This document shows, one piece after another, positions 57,001 through 64,000 of a stretch of 64,000 bases of DNA. Each line of letters opens with the position of its first letter. Position 1 is the stretch's first letter. Origin of the DNA: Bacteroidota bacterium. Its GTDB lineage: Bacteria > Bacteroidota > Bacteroidia > Flavobacteriales > TMED113. The notes under the pieces are model-generated. The model was not told where the DNA came from and ran no database searches. It worked only from the letters and a program-made list of their open reading frames with translations. The translations under genes were made by a program, and so were the position numbers. The stretch is from contig JAYYFR010000029.1 in the NCBI GenBank assembly GCA_036158635.1, positions 13,802 to 77,801 on the forward strand, in the 5' to 3' direction.

Positions 57001-57518
57001 TCAGCAATAAAATCATTATAAGTTAACACCACAGGGTTACCTCTAAAGTCTTTTGTTTTAATTTCAAAATAATTATCTCTTAATTGAGACAAAAGTAATT
57101 TTCTGGGTATTAAATTCCACTGAGTTTTAGTATCATGAAAACTAAATTCTAAATAAGCTTCAGATGATATGAATGAATCTTCAGACTCACCTTCTGAGAT
57201 TGGCATTGTACCCTCCTGACTAACGTACCTTGTAATACCAGCTCCAATTAAAATAAATATAAAAGATAAGTGCAAAAATAAAATAGGTAGTTTTTTTCTT
57301 AGAAAAAGCTTGTATTTAAAAATATTAAATACAAAAATAATGGTGAGCAAATAAAGAAGTACTTCAAACCAAAAAGCATTAAAAACATAAGCTTTAGCTT
57401 CAATGGTCCCAAAATCATTTTCTATAAAAGTAGCTACAGCCATGCATACAGCAAAGACAAACAAGAAGAATATACTTGAATAGATAGAAAAAAAATACTT
57501 AAAAAACGTTTTTATCAT
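54060..57518 (-). CDS. ccsBA: System II cytochrome c synthase, fused ResB/CcsB-CcsA (CcsBA)
   Basis: N-terminal ResB-like TM plus periplasmic domain, and a C-terminal CcsA with the WWD motif WGRYWGWDPKETWALI. The large fusion is typical of Bacteroidota. Confidence 0.88.
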   Translation of the reverse strand: MIKTFFKYFFSIYSSIFFLFVFAVCMAVATFIENDFGTIEAKAYVFNAFWFEVLLYLLTIIFVFNIFKYKLFLRKKLPILFLHLSFIFILIGAGITRYVSQEGTMPISEGESEDSFISSEAYLEFSFHDTKTQWNLIPRKLLLSQLRDNYFEIKTKDFRGNPVVLTYNDFIADYSLKSSELIFESNYPIIQANMQDPSSQQNLEANKYHPFQKMTPYFLNNNAFLLRDIQNQDGEVFLEIVTSGKEVSYLHDGQYLDKGGITFSFNSSVLADVNINNQVGKNFSKNEQEISDLLKIKLSYLNYDTIIDLDGAIGIIGEPVYINLDSLFFKISYGSKEVKLPFKIKLNDFQMERYPGSDSPSSYASEISVIPPVNKQNTNSFNYRIYMNNILNYKGYRFFQASYFPDESGTILSVNQDKLGTAVTYLGYLMLLISVISVIISRSTRFGTLSKRLNNTKNLFFLFFLFSFNLSYSSESDSVHNLLSKIDIEKSNYFSKILVEDNDGRIKPFQSLSSEMLRKISRKQSFSYEHNGQNYKINSNQVLLGMILYPSEWMKMDLITIGKNEKVKNIFPLNKEYLSYWDFWKPGLKINFPPTSFNSLDTTIFSSDNPISLNDFRFSFNENLDKHINLNLEAGFINIISSDTIKYMILNGEKEGKKGLIFPNQKFSFQEKIVFTVTRGDKQIIFVPTLDLRAFNYRLKTYVENSYSKKPGLRSKFDNAIIDLDERFNICHIIFNSIYRTLDSSSEVHLNFFPKELPVPVDKNLKKVLLNEKWTFDRIKEDEMTYFKLIKQYIETNQSQKFNLLVQDIIDYQRKNANDIIPSEGKINLENFYNDVNPFHFSRLLIFYLMLGFILLIFLIVEIFFEKKTIINFFIKSIKYLIFAGFIFHTVFLTFRGIISGHAPWSDAYESLIFISWATLLSGLIFTKKSNFSLAGASIVGSILLLVANLNWINPEITNLVPVLNSYWLMIHVSIITSSYGFLALSAFLGLLSMLLVIFTTDFNFNKLNQEIKRLVGINEICMVIGLFLLTVGTFLGGVWANESWGRYWGWDPKETWALISVIVYSIILHIRLVSTKRFKYIFSAASFIGFASIIMTYFGVNFYLSGLHSYANGEPPPAQSWIYISLIFTIIILSLSGIKFHYSYLKKNKTN

Positions 57519-57588
57519 TAGTATAATTAATTGCAGTACAAAAGTATTTAATTTTATGTTATATTAATACATATTTATAACTAAAGAA

Positions 57589-58350
57589 ATGAATATTTGT
57601 TTTATTGGGTCAGGAAATATTTCAACAAATCTTGGAATTGAATTTAAAAGATTAAAATTTAATATAAATAGGATTTGTTCTAAAAATGAATTAACAGGTA
57701 AAAAACTTGCAAAAAAATTAAATGCAACATATTCAAGCGTAATTGATATTCCGTCTAATACAGACTTAGTAATTATTGGAGTTCCTGATGACCAAATTAA
57801 AAGAGTAAGTAAACATATAAAAACCAAAGCAGTTATTCATACATCTGGGTCAAAAGATATAAATGTCCTAAAAGATTGTTCTAAAAATTATGGAGTTGTT
57901 TGGCCAATTCAATCTTTTTCAAAGCAAAAACTAAATTTTAAAAACATCCCAATTTGTATTGAGGGGAATAATAAATTTTTTGAAAAAAAACTAAATAAAA
58001 TATTTCAAAAATCAAGTAATTCAATTTTTAATCTAGATTATGAAACAAGAAAAATAATTCATTTATCTGCTGTTTTTTCTTGTAATTTTTTAAACTATTT
58101 ACTTTACATTTCAGATGATTTATTAAAAACCAAAAAAATTGACTTACCAATCTTAAACCCAATAATTAATGAAACCATTAGAAAAGCATTTAAAGGAAAT
58201 ATAATGTCAAATCAAACAGGTCCTGCTGTAAGAAAAGACTTTAAAACAATTGAAAAACATCTTTCAATTCTATCAAAAAATAGAAAAAAGAAATATATTG
58301 ATGTATATAATTCAATAACAAAAAATATAATTTCTTCCAATGAAAATTAA
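57589..58350 (+). CDS. Rossmann-like plus DUF2520 domain protein
   Basis: The N-terminus is MNICFIGSGNISTNLG. The C-terminal half is like DUF2520. The gene is in the conserved position upstream of kdsC-maf. Confidence 0.65.
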   Translation: MNICFIGSGNISTNLGIEFKRLKFNINRICSKNELTGKKLAKKLNATYSSVIDIPSNTDLVIIGVPDDQIKRVSKHIKTKAVIHTSGSKDINVLKDCSKNYGVVWPIQSFSKQKLNFKNIPICIEGNNKFFEKKLNKIFQKSSNSIFNLDYETRKIIHLSAVFSCNFLNYLLYISDDLLKTKKIDLPILNPIINETIRKAFKGNIMSNQTGPAVRKDFKTIEKHLSILSKNRKKKYIDVYNSITKNIISSNEN

Positions 58351-58864
58351 TTACAAAGAAAAATTTAAAGAAATAGACACATTTATTTTTGATGTGGACG
58401 GAGTGCTTACAAATGGTGGTCTTTACATTTTTCCTGATGGAAAATTCGTTCGAAAAATGAATGCAAAAGACGGTTTTGCCTTGAAACTAGCACTTCAAAT
58501 GAAATATAATATTGCAATAATAACAGGGGGACGAGAAAACAATATTAAAGAACGTTTAAATAAATTAGGTATTAAACATGTCTATTTAAATGCCCATGAT
58601 AAATTACCAATAATGAATAAATATATTTCTGATAATAAATTAGATAAAAGTACGTGTTTATATATGGGTGATGACATTCCAGATTTAAAACCAATGCAAA
58701 ATGTAGGCCTAGCTTGTTGCCCAAGTAATGCAGTGAATGAAATAAAAAAAGCTAGTGATTATATTTCTAATTTTAAAGGTGGAGATGGATGCGTAAGAGA
58801 TGTTATTGAACAAGTTCTAAAAGCAAATGATAAATGGAATTATAATGATGGAATGCAATACTAA
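58340..58864 (+). CDS. kdsC: HAD-IIIA hydrolase, KdsC family (3-deoxy-D-manno-octulosonate 8-phosphate phosphatase-like)
   Basis: FIFDVDGVLTNG, ITGG and MGDDIPDL are the HAD motifs in the KdsC arrangement. Confidence 0.85.
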   Translation: MKINYKEKFKEIDTFIFDVDGVLTNGGLYIFPDGKFVRKMNAKDGFALKLALQMKYNIAIITGGRENNIKERLNKLGIKHVYLNAHDKLPIMNKYISDNKLDKSTCLYMGDDIPDLKPMQNVGLACCPSNAVNEIKKASDYISNFKGGDGCVRDVIEQVLKANDKWNYNDGMQY

Positions 58865-59444
58865 TTTAAATAATTACAAAATTATTCTTGGTTCACATTC
58901 ACCAAGAAGAAAAGAACTTTTAGAAAAAACAGGTTTGAAATTTATTGTTAAAGCAACTGATGTGAAAGAAGACTTTAAAGCCTTTATTAATATTGAAGAA
59001 GCAGCTAAAGCAATGGCCAAATTAAAAGCAAACAGTTTTAATGACTTAAAAAATAATGAAATATTAATATGCGCTGACACATTAGTTTCTGTGGGAAAGA
59101 AAATATTGGGTAAGCCGAAATCCGAAAAAGAAGCAGAAGAAATGCTCAGATTATTATCAGGAAAAGTACACAAAGTAACGACTGGTGTTGCAATTAAGTC
59201 AAATAAGAATCAAAAAATTTTTTTTGAATCAACAAAAGTTGTTTTTAAAGAGTTAACAGACAAAGAAATAAAGTACTATATTAAAAACTACAAACCTTTT
59301 GATAAGGCTGGATCCTATGCTATTCAAGAATGGATTGGATTAATTGGAATAAAAAAAATTAATGGATCTTACTTTAACGTCATGGGATTACCTACCGAAA
59401 AATTATTTAGTGAACTAATTAAATTTTGTTATGAAAAAAATTAA
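58827..59444 (+). CDS. maf: Maf family nucleoside triphosphate pyrophosphatase
   Basis: IILGSHSPRRKELL, ADT and GSYAIQE are present. The true start may be ATG 58845 or 58848. Confidence 0.88.
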   Translation: MINGIIMMECNTNLNNYKIILGSHSPRRKELLEKTGLKFIVKATDVKEDFKAFINIEEAAKAMAKLKANSFNDLKNNEILICADTLVSVGKKILGKPKSEKEAEEMLRLLSGKVHKVTTGVAIKSNKNQKIFFESTKVVFKELTDKEIKYYIKNYKPFDKAGSYAIQEWIGLIGIKKINGSYFNVMGLPTEKLFSELIKFCYEKN

Positions 59445-60837
59445 TATTTTTTGGGCTCTATCCCCGATATTACTTTTAATTTTTCTTTTGACTTTAAATG
59501 TTATTATTTTCTCTGATGATGCTACATCTGGAGCAAATCAAATTGCCTTAATCCTATCTGCAATGTTTGCATCGGCTATTTCATTAAATTATGGGTATAG
59601 CTGGAAATCACTAAAAGACGGCATTATTAAAAGTATAAGTTCTGCTATGAGTGCAATTATAATATTACTTATTATTGGCAGTCTTACCGGAACCTGGTTA
59701 TTAGGTGGTATTGTTCCTGCATTAATATATTATGGTGTGCAAATAATTGATCCAAGTTTCTTTTTATTTGCTAGTTGTATAGTATGTGCATTAACTGCAT
59801 TATCTATTGGTAGCTCATGGACAACAGTTGCTACTATTGGAGTTGCTTTAATTACTATTGGCGAAGCCTTAAACATCCCTGTCGAAATGACAGCAGGATC
59901 AATCATATCTGGTTCATATTTTGGTGACAAAATATCTCCGTTGTCAGACACAACCAATTTAGCTTCAGCTATGGCAGAAGTTGATTTGATAAAGCATATA
60001 AAATATATGCTTTACACTACAGTACCTTCAATTATAATATCATTAATCTTATTTTTAATAATTGGAGCTAAATTTTCAGGGGTTATTGAGTCGAATGAAA
60101 TAAATCAGTTAATGTTAACAATTGAAAATAACTTTTATATTGGTCCAGAATTATTTTTAACTCCAATAATAATGGCTTTTTTAATATTTAAAAAAGTACC
60201 TGCATTTCCCACTTTATTTATTGGAACAATACTTGGAGCTGTAACTGCTGTATTATTTCAAAAAAATGTAATTTATAATTTATCAGAATCTGATTTTATA
60301 TCTGGTCTTGACTATTACAAGGTAATTTTACAATCCATGTTTGGTGAAATAAAAATAGGTGATGAATTATTAAATTCACAAGGTATGTTCGGAATGTTAA
60401 ATACTGTGTGGCTCATTATTTGCGCAATGATATTTGGAGGAGTTATGGAAAAATCTGGTTTTTTGAAGCAAATAGCAAATAAAATAATGACAAAAGCTAA
60501 ATCTGCCTCTTCCTTAGTTGCTACAACAGGTGGTAGTTGTATGTTTTTTAATTTAACTGCTTCAGATCAGTATTTAGCAATAGTGGTTCCCGGAAGAATG
60601 TACAAAAGTATGTATAAAAAAAGAAAATTGAGTCCTGAAAATTTAAGTAGAACCCTTGAAGACACCGGTACGGTAACATCAGTACTAGTTCCATGGAACA
60701 CTTGTGGGGCTTATCAAGCTGGAGTTTTAGGAGTTGCAACTCTTAACTACTTACCCTTTTGTTTTTTTAATTTAATATCTCCTTTAATGACACTATTGTA
60801 TGCATATGCCAAAATCAAAATAAAAAAAATCTCTTAA
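59431..60837 (+). CDS. nhaC: Na+/H+ antiporter, NhaC family
   Basis: About 11-12 TM helices. The YFGDKISPLSDTTN and TGTVTSVLVPWNTCG blocks are typical of NhaC. Confidence 0.85.
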   Translation: MKKINIFWALSPILLLIFLLTLNVIIFSDDATSGANQIALILSAMFASAISLNYGYSWKSLKDGIIKSISSAMSAIIILLIIGSLTGTWLLGGIVPALIYYGVQIIDPSFFLFASCIVCALTALSIGSSWTTVATIGVALITIGEALNIPVEMTAGSIISGSYFGDKISPLSDTTNLASAMAEVDLIKHIKYMLYTTVPSIIISLILFLIIGAKFSGVIESNEINQLMLTIENNFYIGPELFLTPIIMAFLIFKKVPAFPTLFIGTILGAVTAVLFQKNVIYNLSESDFISGLDYYKVILQSMFGEIKIGDELLNSQGMFGMLNTVWLIICAMIFGGVMEKSGFLKQIANKIMTKAKSASSLVATTGGSCMFFNLTASDQYLAIVVPGRMYKSMYKKRKLSPENLSRTLEDTGTVTSVLVPWNTCGAYQAGVLGVATLNYLPFCFFNLISPLMTLLYAYAKIKIKKIS

Positions 60838-60838
60838 C

Positions 60839-61009
60839 ATGCTCAGGACAAGGAAAAACAAAAAATTCAATTACAAACCCAAATATTTCCAGGAAAATTC
60901 ATCAAAAAAAAAATTTTTCAAAAAAAAAAATAAACCAAAATCAAAATTTAGATTAATAATATTTTTATTAATGTTATTTTTGTTTGTATCATTTATAGTT
61001 TTTTCTTAA
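60839..61009 (+). CDS. Unannotated 56-codon ORF: lysine-rich N-terminus plus a single C-terminal TM helix
   Basis: Own translation gives MLRTRKNKKFNYKPKYFQENSSKKKFFKKKNKPKSKFRLIIFLLMLFLFVSFIVFS. It exactly fills the nhaC-mutL gap, starting 1 nt after the nhaC stop, and its TAA overlaps the mutL ATG (TAATG). An open frame this long is unusual in DNA this AT-rich. Confidence 0.45.
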   Translation: MLRTRKNKKFNYKPKYFQENSSKKKFFKKKNKPKSKFRLIIFLLMLFLFVSFIVFS

Positions 61010-62760
61010 TGCAGACTAGAATAAAATTACTGCCGAAAAATGTAATTAATCAAATTGCTGCTGGAGAAGTAATTCAAAGACCTTCTTCAATAGTAAAAGA
61101 ACTGATTGATAACTCCATTGATGCTAAATCAAAAAATATTCATTTAATTGTAAAGGACTCTGGAAAAACTCATATACAGATAAATGACGATGGAGAAGGT
61201 ATGAACAAAAAAGAAATGTCAATTTGCTTTGAAAGACATACTACGTCTAAAATTAAAAATACAGAAGACATATTTCATATTAATACCTTAGGATTTAGGG
61301 GCGAGGCTTTATCATCAATTGCCTCAGTTTCAAAATTAATAATTAAAAGTAAATCAAAGTCACAAGACACTGGCAATCAAATCGTTATTGAACAAGGTTT
61401 ATTACAAGAAGAAAAAGAAATAGTAAAATCAGTTGGAACAGAGATAATTGTTAAAAATCTTTTTTTTAACATTCCTGCTAGAAAAAATTTTTTGAAATCA
61501 AATAAAGTAGAATTAAAGCATATTGTTGACGAATTTTTTCGTGCTGCTTTAACAAATGAAAATATTAATTTTAAATTAACTCACGACGGTAGCGTTTTAT
61601 TTAGTTTAAAACAGGAAAACAGAAAAAAAAGAATAGCTAACTTATTTGGTAAAAATATTACTGAAAAAATAATACCAATTCAAGAAGAAACAGATATTGT
61701 TCATATTTCAGGTTTTTTAGGAAAGCCTAATCATGCAAAAAAAACTAGAGGAGAGCAATTTTTTTTCGTTAATAACAGATATGTAAAAGCACCATATTTA
61801 CACCACGCTATTATGAACGCATTTGAAGGATTAATTCAAAAAGATGTTTTTATTTCATATTTCATTTATCTAAAAATTGATACCAAAAAAATTGATTTAA
61901 ATGTTCATCCGTCTAAAACTGAAATTAAATTTGAAGACGATAAGCTTATATATTCAATTCTATTTTCTGCGGCAAAAAGATCAATTGGAAAATTTAATAT
62001 TTCTCCAAGTATTGACTTTGAAACTGAATCTAGTTTTAACGTACCAACTTACACCAGAAAATTTATATCAGAACCAAAAATTGAAGTTAATAAATCATTT
62101 AATCCCTTTGATGAAATAAAATCTTATAAAACTAACAACATTGAAACACTTTTTAATGTTGAACAAAGTGATATTAAAGAAGAAGAATCAATAGAAATTA
62201 CTGATCTTATTCAAATTAATAACAGTTACATCTTTTGTGTTCTAAAAAACTCTGAAAATATTTCAAATTATTATTTATTAAATCAAAGCAAATCTCACCA
62301 GAGAATTATTTTTGAAGACCAATTAAATAATTTAAAAAACAAAAAAATCATAAGTCAAAAACTTGCCTTTACTGAAGAAATTATAATGACAAAAAGTGAT
62401 TTAATGATTTTAAAAGAAAATGAAGAGCTATTTAATGAAATAGGTTATAACTTTGAAAAAATTAATGATACTAAACTTGTAATTGATGGTATTCCATCAT
62501 TTGTAAGAAAAGAAAATATTAAAGAAAAGATAGAACTATTTCTTGAAGAAATAAAAAATAAAAATTTGAATATTAAAATTAAAGTATTTGAAAAATTAGC
62601 AAAATCTGTTGCATATAGCTCTTCGATTAAGATGAATGAAAAATTAGAAAAAATTGAAATGGTTGAAATAATCAAATCATTATTCAAATGTGAGTCTCCA
62701 TTTATTAGCTTAGACGGAACCGCTTGTATGGTTAACTTTGACCCAAAACATTTATTTTGA
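61009..62760 (+). CDS. mutL: DNA mismatch repair protein MutL (GHKL ATPase intact; C-terminal endonuclease motifs degenerate)
   Basis: The N-terminal GHKL motifs are IAAGEV, ELIDNSIDA, DDGEGM and GFRGEAL. The C-terminal domain is present but atypical (see findings). Confidence 0.92.
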   Translation: MQTRIKLLPKNVINQIAAGEVIQRPSSIVKELIDNSIDAKSKNIHLIVKDSGKTHIQINDDGEGMNKKEMSICFERHTTSKIKNTEDIFHINTLGFRGEALSSIASVSKLIIKSKSKSQDTGNQIVIEQGLLQEEKEIVKSVGTEIIVKNLFFNIPARKNFLKSNKVELKHIVDEFFRAALTNENINFKLTHDGSVLFSLKQENRKKRIANLFGKNITEKIIPIQEETDIVHISGFLGKPNHAKKTRGEQFFFVNNRYVKAPYLHHAIMNAFEGLIQKDVFISYFIYLKIDTKKIDLNVHPSKTEIKFEDDKLIYSILFSAAKRSIGKFNISPSIDFETESSFNVPTYTRKFISEPKIEVNKSFNPFDEIKSYKTNNIETLFNVEQSDIKEEESIEITDLIQINNSYIFCVLKNSENISNYYLLNQSKSHQRIIFEDQLNNLKNKKIISQKLAFTEEIIMTKSDLMILKENEELFNEIGYNFEKINDTKLVIDGIPSFVRKENIKEKIELFLEEIKNKNLNIKIKVFEKLAKSVAYSSSIKMNEKLEKIEMVEIIKSLFKCESPFISLDGTACMVNFDPKHLF

Positions 62761-62763
62761 CCT

Positions 62764-63450
62764 ATGCTAAATAATTATCGCTTTCAAATTTTACCCCCAG
62801 TAGTTAAAAACTTATTAATTATCAATGTCTTACTTTTTATTGCTACAGGAGTATTAAGCGCCCCCCCTTTTAATATTGATTTAACTAATATTTTAGGCCT
62901 TCATTATTGGGAGTCTGATCTTTTTAAACCTTGGCAAATAGTCACATACATGTTTATGCATGGAAATATCCCTCACATTCTTTTTAATATGTTTGCAGTT
63001 TGGATGTTTGGCAGTCATATTGAAAACAGATGGGGTTCTAAAAGATTTTTAAATTATTACCTACTAACAGGTCTTGGCGCTGCCTTTTTACATTATTTAA
63101 TTTTTCATTTTTATACTTTACCGGGAATTCCATCTCAAGTTTATTCAAATACTTATCCATTAACAGCTTATGAATATTTTTTACAAAATAGTGTAGTAGT
63201 TGGCGCATCTGGATCTTTATTTGGTATTCTATTGGCCTTTGGAGTTCTATTCCCTAATACGCTACTATATTTATATTTTGCAATTCCAATTAAAGCAAAA
63301 TATTTTGTAATAGGTTATGGATTAATTGAACTTTTCTCTGGAATTAGTAATAATCCTGGAGATAATGTTGCTCATTTTGCTCACTTAGGAGGAATGTTAT
63401 TTGGGCTTTTAATTTTTGGATACTGGAAATTAAAAAATGAATTTTATTAA
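62764..63450 (+). CDS. Rhomboid family intramembrane serine protease
   Basis: HGNIPHILFNM (HxxxN), the GASGSLFG catalytic Ser motif, and AHLGG for the catalytic His. Confidence 0.88.
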   Translation: MLNNYRFQILPPVVKNLLIINVLLFIATGVLSAPPFNIDLTNILGLHYWESDLFKPWQIVTYMFMHGNIPHILFNMFAVWMFGSHIENRWGSKRFLNYYLLTGLGAAFLHYLIFHFYTLPGIPSQVYSNTYPLTAYEYFLQNSVVVGASGSLFGILLAFGVLFPNTLLYLYFAIPIKAKYFVIGYGLIELFSGISNNPGDNVAHFAHLGGMLFGLLIFGYWKLKNEFY

Positions 63451-63473
63451 AAATTATAAATGATTATAATTAT

Positions 63474-64000
63474 ATGTTAAATAAAATACTTTTTTTAAAT
63501 ATTTTTATATTTTCTCTTATTCATATTTTAAATTTATTTATTGACATTAATTTTCAAGAAGTTAGAAATTTATTAGGGATCTCATCTGAAATTAATGAAG
63601 TTACTAAAAGACCCTGGGTTATCATTTCATACATGTTTCTACATGTAAATATTTTTCACCTCTTATCAAATATGATTTTTCTACATTTTTTTGGAAAATT
63701 ATTTTTAAAATATTTAAGTAACACAAAACTTTTTAGTAATTATATTTTAGGTGGTTTAACAGGCGGTTTTTTTTTTATGTTATTTAGTAACTATACTAAT
63801 CTACAAATTGAATCAGATCCTTTAATTGGCTCTTCAGCATCAATTTTATCAATTTTGGTTACTTGTTTTGTTTTTACCCCAAATTACTCATTTAAAACAT
63901 TTAATAACTCTGAAAAAACTATTAAACTAAAATATTTAGCAATAATTTTTATTATTTATTCTATTATTAATCCTTTATATACACATAATATTGGAGGTTT
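63474..64000 (+). CDS. Second rhomboid family protein, 3'-truncated by the window edge
   Basis: Own translation from ATG 63474 gives MLNKILFLNIFIFS...YMFLHVNIFHLLSNMIFLHFFG...LIGSSASILSILV... The frame is open to the end of the window. It is not in the track because it has no stop codon. Confidence 0.75.
   Translation, partial: MLNKILFLNIFIFSLIHILNLFIDINFQEVRNLLGISSEINEVTKRPWVIISYMFLHVNIFHLLSNMIFLHFFGKLFLKYLSNTKLFSNYILGGLTGGFFFMLFSNYTNLQIESDPLIGSSASILSILVTCFVFTPNYSFKTFNNSEKTIKLKYLAIIFIIYSIINPLYTHNIGG

Noticed and set aside
60895-60932. A9-A11 homopolymer tracts between nhaC and mutL as a phase-variation switch
   Set aside because: Poly-A runs are common throughout this AT-rich window, including inside genes, and there is no evidence of length heterogeneity from a single sequence. 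They are noted only as a caveat on the small-ORF call.
1159-62687. About 30 short (62-139 aa) track ORFs nested antisense to, or out of frame with, long conserved genes. Examples: 1159-1347, 1973-2179, 3714-3992, 5300-5515, 7719-7919, 13379-13588, 17310-17651, 18120-18425, 19222-19500, 20055-20249, 26553-26771, 27317-27508, 27739-27948, 28788-28985, 30116-30355, 33547-33741, 36526-36798, 37970-38224, 48084-48305, 48729-48968, 50837-51214, 51542-51961, 53245-53466, 55576-55917, 57564-57827, 58874-59173, 59730-59957, 60548-60739, 61901-62119, 62445-62687.
   Set aside because: All lie wholly inside genes with strong family signatures on the other strand or frame. Their translations are low-complexity (F/I/L/S/K-rich), as expected from the reverse complement of AT-rich coding DNA, and none has its own intergenic context.
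1-64000. Mobile elements, prophage, CRISPR arrays, toxin-antitoxin or known defence systems, tRNA/rRNA/tmRNA genes, and riboswitches
   Set aside because: No transposase, integrase, recombinase, Cas or phage-like ORFs are present. I could not see any long direct or inverted repeats by eye. Every intergenic gap is at most about 170 bp and extremely AT-rich, without the G/C-rich stems needed for tRNA or riboswitch folds. A computational scan (tRNAscan-SE, Infernal/Rfam, a CRISPR finder) would be needed to exclude them formally.

Overview
This is a 64-kb chromosomal window from a strongly AT-rich, very gene-dense Bacteroidota genome, almost certainly order Flavobacteriales. The evidence is bamD-rpoZ-coaBC-DUF4835-recN synteny, Por/T9SS C-terminal sorting domains on several secreted proteins, a fused ResB-CcsA cytochrome c synthase, and TAnnTTTG-type -7 boxes. 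I call 52 protein-coding features: two are cut by the window edges and one is a 56-codon ORF missing from the supplied track. I also call one clear bidirectional terminator and two short GC-rich coding repeats. I found no rRNA, tRNA, CRISPR, transposase, integrase, phage or recognisable defence genes, and intergenic gaps are too short (at most about 170 bp) and too AT-rich to hide structured RNA genes. Most genes are housekeeping (gyrA, clpC, fabI, recN, coaBC, rpoZ, bamD, purT, pckA, rsmE, hisS, hutH, recR, mutL, ccsBA, an E2 acyltransferase and others). The unusual content is a set of secreted cargo proteins with eukaryote-like extracellular-matrix domains. The best candidates for new biology, in order: (1) A 1232-aa T9SS cargo protein has an internal segment collinear with the animal lysyl-oxidase catalytic domain, including the Cu HxHxH triad, the LTQ Lys/Tyr pair and the CQWIDIT block. 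That segment is flanked by TSP3-like calcium repeats and by dockerin-like and cohesin-like modules. (2) An OmpA-OmpA-LysM envelope-anchored protein carries a PTP-like domain with a degenerate P-loop (HCX5Q) and is translationally coupled to a CotH-family atypical kinase. (3) A second CotH protein carries a lamin-tail domain and two near-identical GGGGP-repeat insertions. (4) A T9SS cargo protein has tandem Kazal-like modules. (5) MutL has an intact ATPase half, but all of its endonuclease motifs look degenerate. All calls come from reading the translations and DNA by eye. Domain boundaries are approximate (about +/-15 nt), and no database search was run.
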